Counted from the stretch's first letter, positions 30,854 to 40,404 are shown. The stretch: 64,000 nucleotides of DNA from Nitrospirota bacterium (GCA_963701855.1 CAVPBK010000006.1:160001-224000), one strand, 5' to 3'. The notes: generated by a model from the letters alone, not told the origin. Numbers and translations are program-made.

Positions 30854-31761
30854 TCACTACTGGGCCATATCGCTCCGTAAACCATAAGGAAGCTCACGTC
30901 CAGGGATGGCTCGTCTCCATCCTCTTGCATGGCACCATGGCGCTCGCAGCAATTCTGTTTGTGAAACAAGTCCAACTCGCGCCACAGGACGAGGCCTTCA
31001 AGTGGAACGTTGCCATGGTATCGCCTCTACAATCGGTTCAGCCAACGACATCATCCCCGAACCAAGTCCCGTCTCGGTCCATTCCACCGCCGGCTTCGAC
31101 TCCCCCACCTCCCATGCAGCAACCTGCGTCGGCACAGATGCTTCCAGCGCCCCAGCCGTTTTCGCAACAGACGAGGCCTTCGATTTCTGAGCGGACCAGT
31201 GCCGCGGTGATGACTGAATCTTCCGCACCGACCCCAACACAATCGGCTGAGCCGATCAAACATGAGACTGTGACACCGATGGTCGCCGAGTCTACATCCA
31301 CTGTGAAACCGGCCGACGCGCCGACAGCAGTCCCTGCGGAGCCTGCTGCCCAGACGGAACCAACGAGCGCGCCGCCTGCAATCCTTGAACAGACCGCACA
31401 ATCTGACGCGGCTCCGGCACCAACACAAATGGCAGCCATCTCCTCTACACCATCAAACGCGCCGAAGAAACGCGACTACGGATGGCTCTCTGAGACGATT
31501 TTACGTCGTGTGGAAGAACTCAAACGCTACCCCGCCTCAGCTCGGGTGGATCGAGCCGAGGGGAAAGTTGTGGTGAAGGCCATGATCGACGAGGATGGGA
31601 GCATCGGTGAAGTGGAAGTTTTTCAGAGTTCGGGACATCCCGGCCTCGACAAAGCTGCGATTGAAACTCTGCGACAGGCAGCCCCGTTCCACTTACCTCG
31701 TCCATTAGGACAGCCGCACATGACGATCAAGATTCCCATGAGCTATCGATTGGACCGGTAG
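30850..31761 (+). CDS. tonB: Energy transducer TonB
   Basis: S...H TM anchor, Pro-rich linker, YP...EGKV...SSG...LD C-terminal domain. Confidence 0.88.
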   Translation: MITTGPYRSVNHKEAHVQGWLVSILLHGTMALAAILFVKQVQLAPQDEAFKWNVAMVSPLQSVQPTTSSPNQVPSRSIPPPASTPPPPMQQPASAQMLPAPQPFSQQTRPSISERTSAAVMTESSAPTPTQSAEPIKHETVTPMVAESTSTVKPADAPTAVPAEPAAQTEPTSAPPAILEQTAQSDAAPAPTQMAAISSTPSNAPKKRDYGWLSETILRRVEELKRYPASARVDRAEGKVVVKAMIDEDGSIGEVEVFQSSGHPGLDKAAIETLRQAAPFHLPRPLGQPHMTIKIPMSYRLDR

Positions 31762-31788
31762 CTCGAAGGAGGAACGGAACGCATCCGG

Positions 31789-32811
31789 CTAGGGTACGCG
31801 AATCCGCTGCCTCAAGCCGGAGGAGACCAGCATGTGACCATCTTGGTCGACAATGATGGCTTCGACATCCGGCAACTGTTCGACCAATTCCATGCCTCGC
31901 GCCGGCCCCATTACAAAGATACCTGTATCGAGTCCATCGGCCCAAACCCCTTCACGAGCAATCACTGTGACACTCTGGCAACTGCGCGCTGGTTGAAGCG
32001 TGCGCGGATCGAGAATGTGATGATATCGAACCCCTTCCCGTTCGAAGAAGCGTTCATAATCCCCGGCGGTAGAAATGGCTTCGTCCTGCAAATCAATCCA
32101 GGCCAGCACCAATCCATCTTTTCGTGGGTGTTGAATGCCGACGGGAAACATCTTCCCTCCCGGCAACCGTCCGAATGTTTTGATATCCCCTGATACCGCT
32201 ACGACTCCGGCAACAGCGCCGGCTCTCCGTAACGCCTCAACGGCTTGATCTGCTGCGTATCCCTTACCGATTCCACCCACGTCGATCCGCATCCCTGCTT
32301 TCCTAAGATAGATTGTCTGGTTTCGCACATCGACATGAACCGCCTGCAGATTCACTAAGGGCCGGAGAGTCTCCAGTTCAGATTCTGTCGGTACTCGTTG
32401 GCTTTCCATCACATTCCATGCGTCCACCGCAGGACCAATGGCGATATTGAATCCACCATCGGTCATCTCCGCAACTTGAATCGCACGTTGTACGACCGTC
32501 AGCGTCTCTGGGCTTACATGGACCGGCATGATTCCCGCCGAAGCGTTCACACGAGAAAGTTCGCTCGTCGGAATCCAAGTGCTCAGGAGTTCTTCCAATC
32601 GTCGGATTTCAGCAAACCCGGCGGTCGCCGAAGCGTGCGCGACCGCCTCGTTCCGAGCGACCGCGGTGATCGTGACCAGCGTGCCCATTTGCATCTGAAC
32701 CCGTTTCACCACGACAGGCTCGGACTGCATGGGAAAGCCCGCGCACCCAACGGACAACGCCCCTAGCATAAACAACATACCACCTGATATGTGAGGGAGT
32801 GTCCGCCACAC
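31789..32811 (-). CDS. apbE: FAD:protein FMN transferase
   Basis: MGT, DVGGIGKGY, HHILDPRT, ADGLDT; lipobox. Confidence 0.92.
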   Translation of the reverse strand: MWRTLPHISGGMLFMLGALSVGCAGFPMQSEPVVVKRVQMQMGTLVTITAVARNEAVAHASATAGFAEIRRLEELLSTWIPTSELSRVNASAGIMPVHVSPETLTVVQRAIQVAEMTDGGFNIAIGPAVDAWNVMESQRVPTESELETLRPLVNLQAVHVDVRNQTIYLRKAGMRIDVGGIGKGYAADQAVEALRRAGAVAGVVAVSGDIKTFGRLPGGKMFPVGIQHPRKDGLVLAWIDLQDEAISTAGDYERFFEREGVRYHHILDPRTLQPARSCQSVTVIAREGVWADGLDTGIFVMGPARGMELVEQLPDVEAIIVDQDGHMLVSSGLRQRIRVP

Positions 32812-32820
32812 GGTCAGCGT

Positions 32821-33444
32821 CTACCACCAATGACGACGGAAATATCCTAAAATGCGGGGATAAGGCATGACTTCATACAGGCGGGCCGCTTCATGTGACG
32901 GTTCCGGAATCAGCATCACCGGAACCCTCGCATTATAAGTGGGATATGTGTCCTTGACGAACTGTCGGGCTCGCTCCTGGTCTTGCTCATCAAGAGTCAT
33001 GGATACAACGACTTGGCGTCCATATTTCGGAGAATCCACTCCGAAATGCCAGGTGCCGAGAAAAGTCATTACGTTCGGCTTGAGCACAAAGTTCGCTGAG
33101 AGCTCCGCCATGGACAAGAATGGACCTTCGCTGATCTGCACGCGACTCAGTTCATAGGTCCCAGGAGGAAGGGCAAGCGAAAAGTACTCGTCCGCGGACT
33201 GCACATCGACCTTAAATCGCTCCTGGTTCGCCATATTTATCACCTCGAAAGAACGGAGTTCCGGAGCATAGATTCGTTGCATTTCACCGGTAATGTTCGT
33301 GACAACCCGTCCCACCACCAAGGTCCCCGAAATGTCAGCCGCCGCCACCATCACGGGAAGTTCTGTGGCACAGCCTGAGAGAGTCAGGCAGAGGGCACCG
33401 ATAGACAACCACCACCGATATTGTCTCAATAATCTGTACCGCAT
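32821..33444 (-). CDS. Hypothetical lipoprotein
   Basis: LSGC lipobox; directly upstream of apbE. Confidence 0.7.
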   Translation of the reverse strand: MRYRLLRQYRWWLSIGALCLTLSGCATELPVMVAAADISGTLVVGRVVTNITGEMQRIYAPELRSFEVINMANQERFKVDVQSADEYFSLALPPGTYELSRVQISEGPFLSMAELSANFVLKPNVMTFLGTWHFGVDSPKYGRQVVVSMTLDEQDQERARQFVKDTYPTYNARVPVMLIPEPSHEAARLYEVMPYPRILGYFRRHWW

Positions 33445-33508
33445 ATGTCGATATTATAACCCAACTACGAGACCAATACCTGGCGTCCCGCTGATCAAGT
33501 CCCCCCTC

Positions 33509-33551
33509 TTGACTCCAATTGCGAAAATAGGATATTAATAATCGTTCTCAA
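33509..33551 (+). promoter_or_regulatory. Promoter overlapped by a putative Fur box
   Basis: TTGACT -35; TTAATAATCGTTCTCAA (33535-33551) followed by TTTCA, as at 25902. Confidence 0.6.
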
Positions 33552-33579
33552 TTTCATTTGAGCAGAGGAGTATCTCGCA

Positions 33580-33759
33580 ATGACGAGCACGACGTCTCCT
33601 ATGAACCACTTCGCCGACTGCGGCGAGACCCGCTGCGAGTGCGGTCAATTGATCGCCAAGGTGCGCGATCAAGGGTTGGAGCTCAAATGCAAGCGCTGTA
33701 AACGTATCGTTGTCATCCCATTCTCTTCAATCGAAGGATGGGGCACTGTTGATTCATGA
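33580..33759 (+). CDS. 59-aa Com-like zinc-finger protein, absent from the ORF track
   Basis: GAGGAG RBS; MTSTTSPMNHFADCGETRCECGQLIAKVRDQGLELKCKRCKRIVVIPFSSIEGWGTVDS. Confidence 0.75.
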   Translation: MTSTTSPMNHFADCGETRCECGQLIAKVRDQGLELKCKRCKRIVVIPFSSIEGWGTVDS

Positions 33760-33896
33760 TTCGTCTCACGAAAGGAGGCATTGGAAGTGTTGTCGCACTA
33801 TCCCATTTGCACAGACTAGTCATTTCTTCAAGAAGGCCAGAGACCATCGAGTCCCGAGTCAGACCTCAACCATCTCACTCACCACGGAGGATACCG

Positions 33897-35402
33897 ATGA
33901 AGATCCGGTCAATCCTCGGGGCTCTCGTGATTGCAGCTTTGCCGTTTACTTCGGTTTGGGCTGAGAACATGACCCCAGAGGACATTAAAAAGTTAGTGGA
34001 TGAAGCCGTGACGAAGCGGCTGCAAGAACAGGAACGCCGCGATGGCGCTCCTGAGCAGAAAGAGGGTACGGCAATACCCAAGGCCGAACCGGGAATTGGA
34101 CCGCTGCCGGAAGTCAGTAAAGACCTTCGTACGGAGACACAGCCTGCGTTGTCCTTTAGTTCAACCGGCTCAGGTCGTTTGGTCTATGCCAAGCCGTTCG
34201 TCTCCGCACCGAAGGCTATTGTCGGAGGATACATGGATATGCAGTTTCGGTCCCAACGGCAAGCCAGCATCGAAGCCGGTGATGGCCGACCCGGTGTGAC
34301 CAACAACTTCGATCAGCAACGGTTTATCCCGTTTATTTATGCCGACGTCACCGAACACGTCAAGATCGCGACCGAACTTGAAATTGAGCACGGCGTCAGA
34401 GAAAGCTCTGAGAATGAGATCGAAGTCTCACTTGAGTTTGGTTTTATCGACTACTTAATCCAAGAAAAGGTCAACCTACGTGCCGGAATCTTGCTTATGC
34501 CCCTTGGGAAGTTCAATTTGCTACACGACTCCCCACTAAACGATCTCAGTGATCGGCCGCTGGTCAGCCAATTGGTCATCCCTTCTACCATGTCGGAAAC
34601 TGGAGCGGGAATCTACGGAACGTTTTATCCCGGCCGGACCAGTAAGATGGACTACGAGTTGTACGTCACAACCGGTCCCTGCGGCTACGGGGCCAACGGC
34701 AGTCCTCTCGTCAATGAAGCGGATGGCACAAGTCAAGGGCGTCAGAGGACCTGTGCAGGGCACGATGGCGCCGATGTCAACAGTGGCAAAGCGGTCGTCG
34801 GACGCATGGCCTACAGCCCAATGCTTGGGGTGGAAGTCGCCGGATCAAGCTACTTTGGAAATGCGAACAATAATGGGAGCAATTACGCCCCTCTCAACAT
34901 CACAGCGATCGACTGGACGCTCCAGCGAGGCCCCTTTGAACTCATCGGCGAAGCTGCCTGGGCTTATGCGAGAGGAAATTCTCGAGCCGTTCAAGGAAAT
35001 ACGATTGGATTTTCTCCGGGTTCCCTGCTTATTGGTTCCCCCGACATCAGCGGCAACAGCGGTGCAGGCATCCCGCCGCAGCGCATGATGGGCTACTATA
35101 TCCAAGGCAACTATCATTTCATGCCCCAGTTCTTGACCAATTTCTCCCCAAAACGCTTCGGTCCAGGTTCGACCATGACCGCCGTGATCCGGTACGACCG
35201 GGTCAACACCAACTTGGATGACTCCAATGGAACAGGCGGCTGGGGCAATCTGGAACAGGTTTCCTTTGGCCTGAATTATCGACCGATTGAAGATACGGCC
35301 ATTAAGCTCAGCTACCAATATCAACCGATGGCGTTTAACGCGGTTACATCACAGCGTATTCACGACAGTGCCGTGGTAATGTCGATAGCAACATATTTCT
35401 AG
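33897..35402 (+). CDS. Outer-membrane beta-barrel (porin-like) protein
   Basis: GGAGG RBS, signal peptide, short coiled coil, ELEIEHG, amphipathic strands, terminal YF. Confidence 0.8.
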   Translation: MKIRSILGALVIAALPFTSVWAENMTPEDIKKLVDEAVTKRLQEQERRDGAPEQKEGTAIPKAEPGIGPLPEVSKDLRTETQPALSFSSTGSGRLVYAKPFVSAPKAIVGGYMDMQFRSQRQASIEAGDGRPGVTNNFDQQRFIPFIYADVTEHVKIATELEIEHGVRESSENEIEVSLEFGFIDYLIQEKVNLRAGILLMPLGKFNLLHDSPLNDLSDRPLVSQLVIPSTMSETGAGIYGTFYPGRTSKMDYELYVTTGPCGYGANGSPLVNEADGTSQGRQRTCAGHDGADVNSGKAVVGRMAYSPMLGVEVAGSSYFGNANNNGSNYAPLNITAIDWTLQRGPFELIGEAAWAYARGNSRAVQGNTIGFSPGSLLIGSPDISGNSGAGIPPQRMMGYYIQGNYHFMPQFLTNFSPKRFGPGSTMTAVIRYDRVNTNLDDSNGTGGWGNLEQVSFGLNYRPIEDTAIKLSYQYQPMAFNAVTSQRIHDSAVVMSIATYF

Positions 35403-35412
35403 GCGGAGTATG

Positions 35413-35444
35413 GGCGATCCCTCTCTCAACAGAGAGGGATCGCC
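35413..35444 (+). other. Perfect 14-bp-stem intercistronic hairpin
   Basis: GGCGATCCCTCTCT-caac-AGAGAGGGATCGCC, with no T-tract. Confidence 0.75.
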
Positions 35445-35470
35445 ATGACCAAGAAAGAGCAGTGTGCAGC

Positions 35471-35935
35471 ATGACAACACTCCGAATAGCTATGGTGGTC
35501 CTCGCGCTCTACTCTGTTGGATGCGCTACTCTGAGTGGAAGTCACGATCAATATTTCGTATGCTCCTATGACACTGTCTGGGATGCCGCGCTCGACACCA
35601 TGAAGGGACAATCCATCGCAACCTACGACAAAGATAAGGGAGTGATCGAGACAAACTGGCTGGACGTCCCTCCAATCTCGGAACGGTCCTACGGGATATT
35701 TGAGCGTGATAGCTTTGGGAACCAAGAACGGGCACGCTATACTGTCTCCGTCAAGCGAATGAACGACGTGTCCTCTGCAAGCATCTTAGAAACCAGGCAG
35801 CGATGGCATGCACGCGGTGGCGTCACCCAGCAAGCCTTGAGGTGGTGGCCCATCGAACCATCGGATGATGCGACGGATGTAGTCGTCAGTCGGCTCAATG
35901 CCAAGTTGAAAACCAAGGGGTGTATTCCCGCATGA
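35471..35935 (+). CDS. Hypothetical lipoprotein (BamC/NlpB-like motif)
   Basis: SVGC lipobox; YDTVWDAAL...DKDKGVIETNW. Confidence 0.7.
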   Translation: MTTLRIAMVVLALYSVGCATLSGSHDQYFVCSYDTVWDAALDTMKGQSIATYDKDKGVIETNWLDVPPISERSYGIFERDSFGNQERARYTVSVKRMNDVSSASILETRQRWHARGGVTQQALRWWPIEPSDDATDVVVSRLNAKLKTKGCIPA

Positions 35936-36609
35936 GGCTTCGATTACTTGCGCCCGCACTGGCACTTTCCTGTATCATGTCTCCGGCCATGGTCCTGGCT
36001 GAACGTGTATGGGACAAAGATCTCAAACGCTACCTCACGGACCAAGAGCTGATGCGGGCCGACGTCTTTCTGACAGAAGAAGACGCCCTCAAATTGATGT
36101 TCCCCCAATCAGAACGGATCCGGAAAGAAATTCTGAAGCTAAGCCAGGAAAAGAAACTGCAGGTTGAGGAACGCATTGGCTGGAAATTCCCGGAAGATTC
36201 ATTTGAGATCTACATTGGAGAAACGGGCACCCAGATTGATGGGTATGCCCTGGTCCAGAACACAATCGGTAAACACAAACCCATGACGTACATGGTCGGA
36301 ATAGATAACACCGGGCATGTCTTGAACGTAGAATTGTTGGTGTTTCGGGAAGCTCGCGGCAGCGAGGTGCGGACCAAACGCTTCAACGTACAGTACGAGG
36401 GGAAAACGGTCCTCGATCCGGTCCGCCTCAACAAAGACATCATCAACATCAGCGGCGCCACCATGTCGGTCCGCTCAATGACCGCAGGAATTAAACGGGG
36501 GCTGGTGTTGGTCGATGAGTTTTATTTGAAACCGGCAGGGCTCGGTAGCGATACTGTGGATTCAAAGAAATCGGAGAAGGGCATCTTCGGCTCACTCTTC
36601 GGAAACTAA
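35932..36609 (+). CDS. Extracytoplasmic FMN-binding protein
   Basis: Signal peptide; GKHKPMTY; ISGATMS flavinylation motif. Confidence 0.85.
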   Translation: MRLRLLAPALALSCIMSPAMVLAERVWDKDLKRYLTDQELMRADVFLTEEDALKLMFPQSERIRKEILKLSQEKKLQVEERIGWKFPEDSFEIYIGETGTQIDGYALVQNTIGKHKPMTYMVGIDNTGHVLNVELLVFREARGSEVRTKRFNVQYEGKTVLDPVRLNKDIINISGATMSVRSMTAGIKRGLVLVDEFYLKPAGLGSDTVDSKKSEKGIFGSLFGN

Positions 36610-36633
36610 GAGGGGTAGACCACATTTTCAGCT

Positions 36634-37152
36634 ATGCGCAACTTCAACACTCGCTTCCGTCTCCGCGACTCAGATCGGCACATCCGGCTCGTTTATACCT
36701 TCTTTCTCTTCTTGATGCTGGCTGGCTTTACCTTTTCATTTTTCTGGGCGCACAGCATGACGAGCCTTTCGCCACAAGGAATCGCCGATCATTACCGGGG
36801 ATCGGATGTCACATTCGGCGAGCCGATGTCATTCAGAGAGCTGGCAGAGATCACCCACTTCCACCTCTTCACGATGCCAGTCGTGTTTATCATTCTCGTG
36901 CATGTGCTCTATCTCACCAGCGCCAGCAGTATGCTAAAAGTCCTCACGACCTGGATCTCATTTGGTGGGGTGACGTTGGACCTGGTATCTCCCTGGCTCA
37001 TTAGCTATGTCTCCCCCGTATTCGTGTTCACCATGCTGACAGGCGATACCTTGATGACGGTGGGTTTTCTCATCATGATGATCATCCCTCTCTACGAGAT
37101 GTGGATCTTGAACCAGCCGCTATTGGCAGGGAAACACGGGAAGGAAGAATGA
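36634..37152 (+). CDS. Four-TM membrane protein, possibly heme b-binding
   Basis: Hydrophobic helices with His residues (THFHLF, LVHVLY). Confidence 0.7.
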   Translation: MRNFNTRFRLRDSDRHIRLVYTFFLFLMLAGFTFSFFWAHSMTSLSPQGIADHYRGSDVTFGEPMSFRELAEITHFHLFTMPVVFIILVHVLYLTSASSMLKVLTTWISFGGVTLDLVSPWLISYVSPVFVFTMLTGDTLMTVGFLIMMIIPLYEMWILNQPLLAGKHGKEE

Positions 37153-37259
37153 CCTAACGCGCTCTGACTTCGACACAATTAACGGCCAGAGGTTTTTCAC
37201 CCAGAGCCCAAGATCACGCGATGTGGTCTTGGGTTCTGCTTTTTTTCGGAGAAGCCACG

Positions 37260-37970
37260 ATGTACCCATATATCTCTGAACAGATTCACCCTGGAATCAT
37301 CACGATTCAGGGCATGCTCAGGAAGATCGATTGCCTTCGACTCCCTCTCGCATCGCGCCGTGACGTCGAAAGCATCCTTGTGCGGCAAGTCAGCAAAGAA
37401 ATCGATCGCGCACTCCCCTGGCAAGCTGGTCATGGCCGCCGCACTGCTGCGATTTCGTTGTTGATCGGACGAGCGGTCGGCACGACGACAGGCGAGTTGC
37501 ACGATCTGAAACTCGCCGCCTTCCTCCACGATATCGGGCTCTTGAGGCTCCCAGCCCGCCTCATCCCGGCCAAGGAACCGCTTGAATCTGAAGACTACGT
37601 CGCCATTCAGAATCATCCCCGGCTTGGTGCGACACTGCTTGAGCCATTCTCCTTCTTAAAAGAGGCTTCGATCCAAATCGCGCACCACCACGAACGGTGG
37701 GATGGATCAGGCTATCCGTATGGTATCAGAGGACAATTCATCCCTCTCGGAGCCAGAATCCTCTCGATCGCCGACGCCTTCGATGCCATCCGTATCCCTG
37801 AAGTCTCAAACCGAGCCGTGCGAAACAGGATCGCACTCAGAATTCTCCGAGTCGCAGCCGGCACCCAGTTTGACCCGGAGTTAGTCGAGGCATTGTGGCT
37901 GTTCCAAGAATCTATTCCGGGCTCAAATCTTATCGAACCAACGACGAGAAACTGTTTTGATTCACATTAG
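37260..37970 (+). CDS. HD-GYP domain protein
   Basis: LHDIG and HHERWDGSGYP. Confidence 0.88.
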   Translation: MYPYISEQIHPGIITIQGMLRKIDCLRLPLASRRDVESILVRQVSKEIDRALPWQAGHGRRTAAISLLIGRAVGTTTGELHDLKLAAFLHDIGLLRLPARLIPAKEPLESEDYVAIQNHPRLGATLLEPFSFLKEASIQIAHHHERWDGSGYPYGIRGQFIPLGARILSIADAFDAIRIPEVSNRAVRNRIALRILRVAAGTQFDPELVEALWLFQESIPGSNLIEPTTRNCFDSH

Positions 37971-37989
37971 AAGTATGGGAGGTTTCACC

Positions 37990-39747
37990 ATGTTTCCCTC
38001 TTATCGCCGCCACAGGGTCTTCGCGCATGTCGTCGGAATATCATCTTGGATCTTCATCTCGCTTCTCCTGGTCGGATGCGGAGGGGGCAGCGGCAGTTCC
38101 GCACCACCTTCAGTCGCGGCTACAGGAACACCTGGAGCCCAAGCCGACGTCGGCGAACGGCTGTTCGTCGAAACCCGCTTTGCCCAATTCTTTAAGGCAA
38201 ATCTTCTTCCAGGGGGAAATGTAAATGATCCACTGCCAGCCGGCGACCCGGTCGTAGCCAAGGTGTTACTCCCCGGCAGTACTCCACCCGGTGTCGCTAG
38301 TCCATTTGCTGGAATGTCCATGAATTGTCGATCCTGTCACTTCGTTGACGAATTTGTGGGAGTTCCTGGTGGAGGTATGCGCACCTATGCCGACTTCGCC
38401 ACCCGCAGTCCAATTCCATCTCGCCCGGATGGAAAACTCACGGCGCCGCGCAACTCTCCTCCGCTGGTGAACTCCTCACTCGATAGACCAGGAGGAACGT
38501 TATTTCACTTTGATGGAGAGTTTTCGACGCTGGAGGATCTCATCGTCGGAACCTTCACCGGTCGGAATTTCGGCTGGTTGCCGGGGCAAAAGGCGGAAGC
38601 CATCAGCCACATTGCACGAGTCATGCGCGAGGATGATGGCACGGGAGCTATCGCTCAGCAATTCGATGGACTTTCCTATAGCGCCCTGTTCACCGGAGCC
38701 AACCCAAACATTCCGGATGAACTTCGTCTGCCCACGGAATTTCGTGTGAACATCCAATCAGCCAGTGACCAGGAAATCTTCGACGCGGTCGTGAAAGTGG
38801 TCGCGGCCTACGTCAACGGCTTGCGCTTCTCACAAACCGACGACGCCGGCAATCTCATCCGTTCGCCCTTCGACGTGTTTTTGAGTCGCAACGGTCTCCC
38901 GCAAAAGCCGAACAGTGGCGAAACTCCCCTCGATTATAGCCGCCGCCTCCTGACGCTCGTGAACGGATTGGCTAGTCCTCAGTTCGTGACTGCTAACCCC
39001 AATAACCCCAGCCTGCTTGGAAAGTTCCAGTTCCACGGCACCCAGCCCTTTGCATTCGGGGCTCAGGAATTAGCAGGCCTTAAGATATTTCTTACAGAAC
39101 CGGCTACTCCGCCAACCGCTTCACCAGCAGAAGAACTCGCCGGCAAGGTCGGCAACTGCCTGGCCTGCCATGCCGCACCAAATTTCACGGACTTCAAGCT
39201 GCACAATACAGGGATTGCACAAAATGAATACGACGGCATCCATGGCAATGGGTCTTTCATGGGCCTCACGATTCCAACTCTCGCTACGAGAACCAGCAAT
39301 GATCTGCCTGCTACGGAAGACCACCCCACTGCAACGGGATTTTTCCGTTCGATCCCTGTCCTAGCCGATCCTGCCCTGACCGATTTGGGAATCTGGAACA
39401 TCTTCCTGAATCCAGACATGCCGAACCCACAAGCAAAGATCCGAGCCATTCTGTGTGACGAGCACCTTCCCGCCGCTTGTCCTGCCGACAGTGTTCTACT
39501 GGATGAAGCCATTGCGAGATTCAAAACACCTGGTCTTCACGATTTGGGGCATTCAGCTCCCTATATGCACAATGGCCAGTTCGTCGCATTGGACAATGCC
39601 GTCGGTTTCTATCTCGGCTCATCAAGCGCGGCAAGGGCAGGAACGCTTCGTAACGGCGCCAACACGTTGCGAGGAATTGCCTTGATTTCGGCAGACATCG
39701 CGCCACTTGTGGCGTTCCTTAAGTCGCTGAACGAGGACTACCAATAG
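37990..39747 (+). CDS. Di-heme cytochrome c peroxidase/MauG-superfamily lipoprotein
   Basis: LVGC lipobox; CRSCH and CLACH; RNSP; FKTPGL...APYMHNG. Confidence 0.82.
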   Translation: MFPSYRRHRVFAHVVGISSWIFISLLLVGCGGGSGSSAPPSVAATGTPGAQADVGERLFVETRFAQFFKANLLPGGNVNDPLPAGDPVVAKVLLPGSTPPGVASPFAGMSMNCRSCHFVDEFVGVPGGGMRTYADFATRSPIPSRPDGKLTAPRNSPPLVNSSLDRPGGTLFHFDGEFSTLEDLIVGTFTGRNFGWLPGQKAEAISHIARVMREDDGTGAIAQQFDGLSYSALFTGANPNIPDELRLPTEFRVNIQSASDQEIFDAVVKVVAAYVNGLRFSQTDDAGNLIRSPFDVFLSRNGLPQKPNSGETPLDYSRRLLTLVNGLASPQFVTANPNNPSLLGKFQFHGTQPFAFGAQELAGLKIFLTEPATPPTASPAEELAGKVGNCLACHAAPNFTDFKLHNTGIAQNEYDGIHGNGSFMGLTIPTLATRTSNDLPATEDHPTATGFFRSIPVLADPALTDLGIWNIFLNPDMPNPQAKIRAILCDEHLPAACPADSVLLDEAIARFKTPGLHDLGHSAPYMHNGQFVALDNAVGFYLGSSSAARAGTLRNGANTLRGIALISADIAPLVAFLKSLNEDYQ

Positions 39748-39927
39748 AGAAATTCAACAACAGCAGAAGCACTCAGCCGGTGCCCGATATACCTGCAGCG
39801 GAGAGAGAGGGGTGGTGCCCTCCCACTCCGCGGGCAAGGGGCTCCTCTTCCCTCTGAAGCCTTCCCGCCTTACTTTCCGAAGATACAACGCGGACTGGAC
39901 GAACATGGAATATACAGTGGAGATGCC

Positions 39928-40404
39928 TTAGGACTCCTTTTTGATCTGTTCAGCCAGGTAGTTCTCAAGCCCCACCTGTTTAATCGTTTCCATCTGCGTT
40001 TCGATCCAATCGATATGTTGATCCACGTCTTTGGCCATATCTTCAAGCATGTGCCGCGTGGTGAAGTCGGTCACCTTCGTACAATGCACCACACCATCGT
40101 TTAACAGACTGAGCATTTCTTGTTCCGCTTTTAGATCCAGTTTGAACTGCTCAGGAACAGTCTCCCCTACCTGCACAGTATTCATACGCTGCACGTTCGG
40201 CACACCATCCAGATAGAGAATGTGGCCAATGAGTTCATCGGCGTCTTTCATCTCGGCGATGCTCCGCTCTCGCACTTTATGATGGAGCCGTTCATAGCCC
40301 CAGTTCTCACACATCTTGGCATGAACAAAGTATTGATTGATGGCGGTGAGATCCGCAGTCAGGATCTTATTGAGGATGTTGACGACGCCTTCTTTCGCTT
40401 TCAT
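39928..40404 (-). CDS. bfr: Bacterioferritin-like subunit
   Basis: 158 aa; AINQYF.H, EM52, HIDW, GLENYL. Confidence 0.9.
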   Translation of the reverse strand: MKAKEGVVNILNKILTADLTAINQYFVHAKMCENWGYERLHHKVRERSIAEMKDADELIGHILYLDGVPNVQRMNTVQVGETVPEQFKLDLKAEQEMLSLLNDGVVHCTKVTDFTTRHMLEDMAKDVDQHIDWIETQMETIKQVGLENYLAEQIKKES

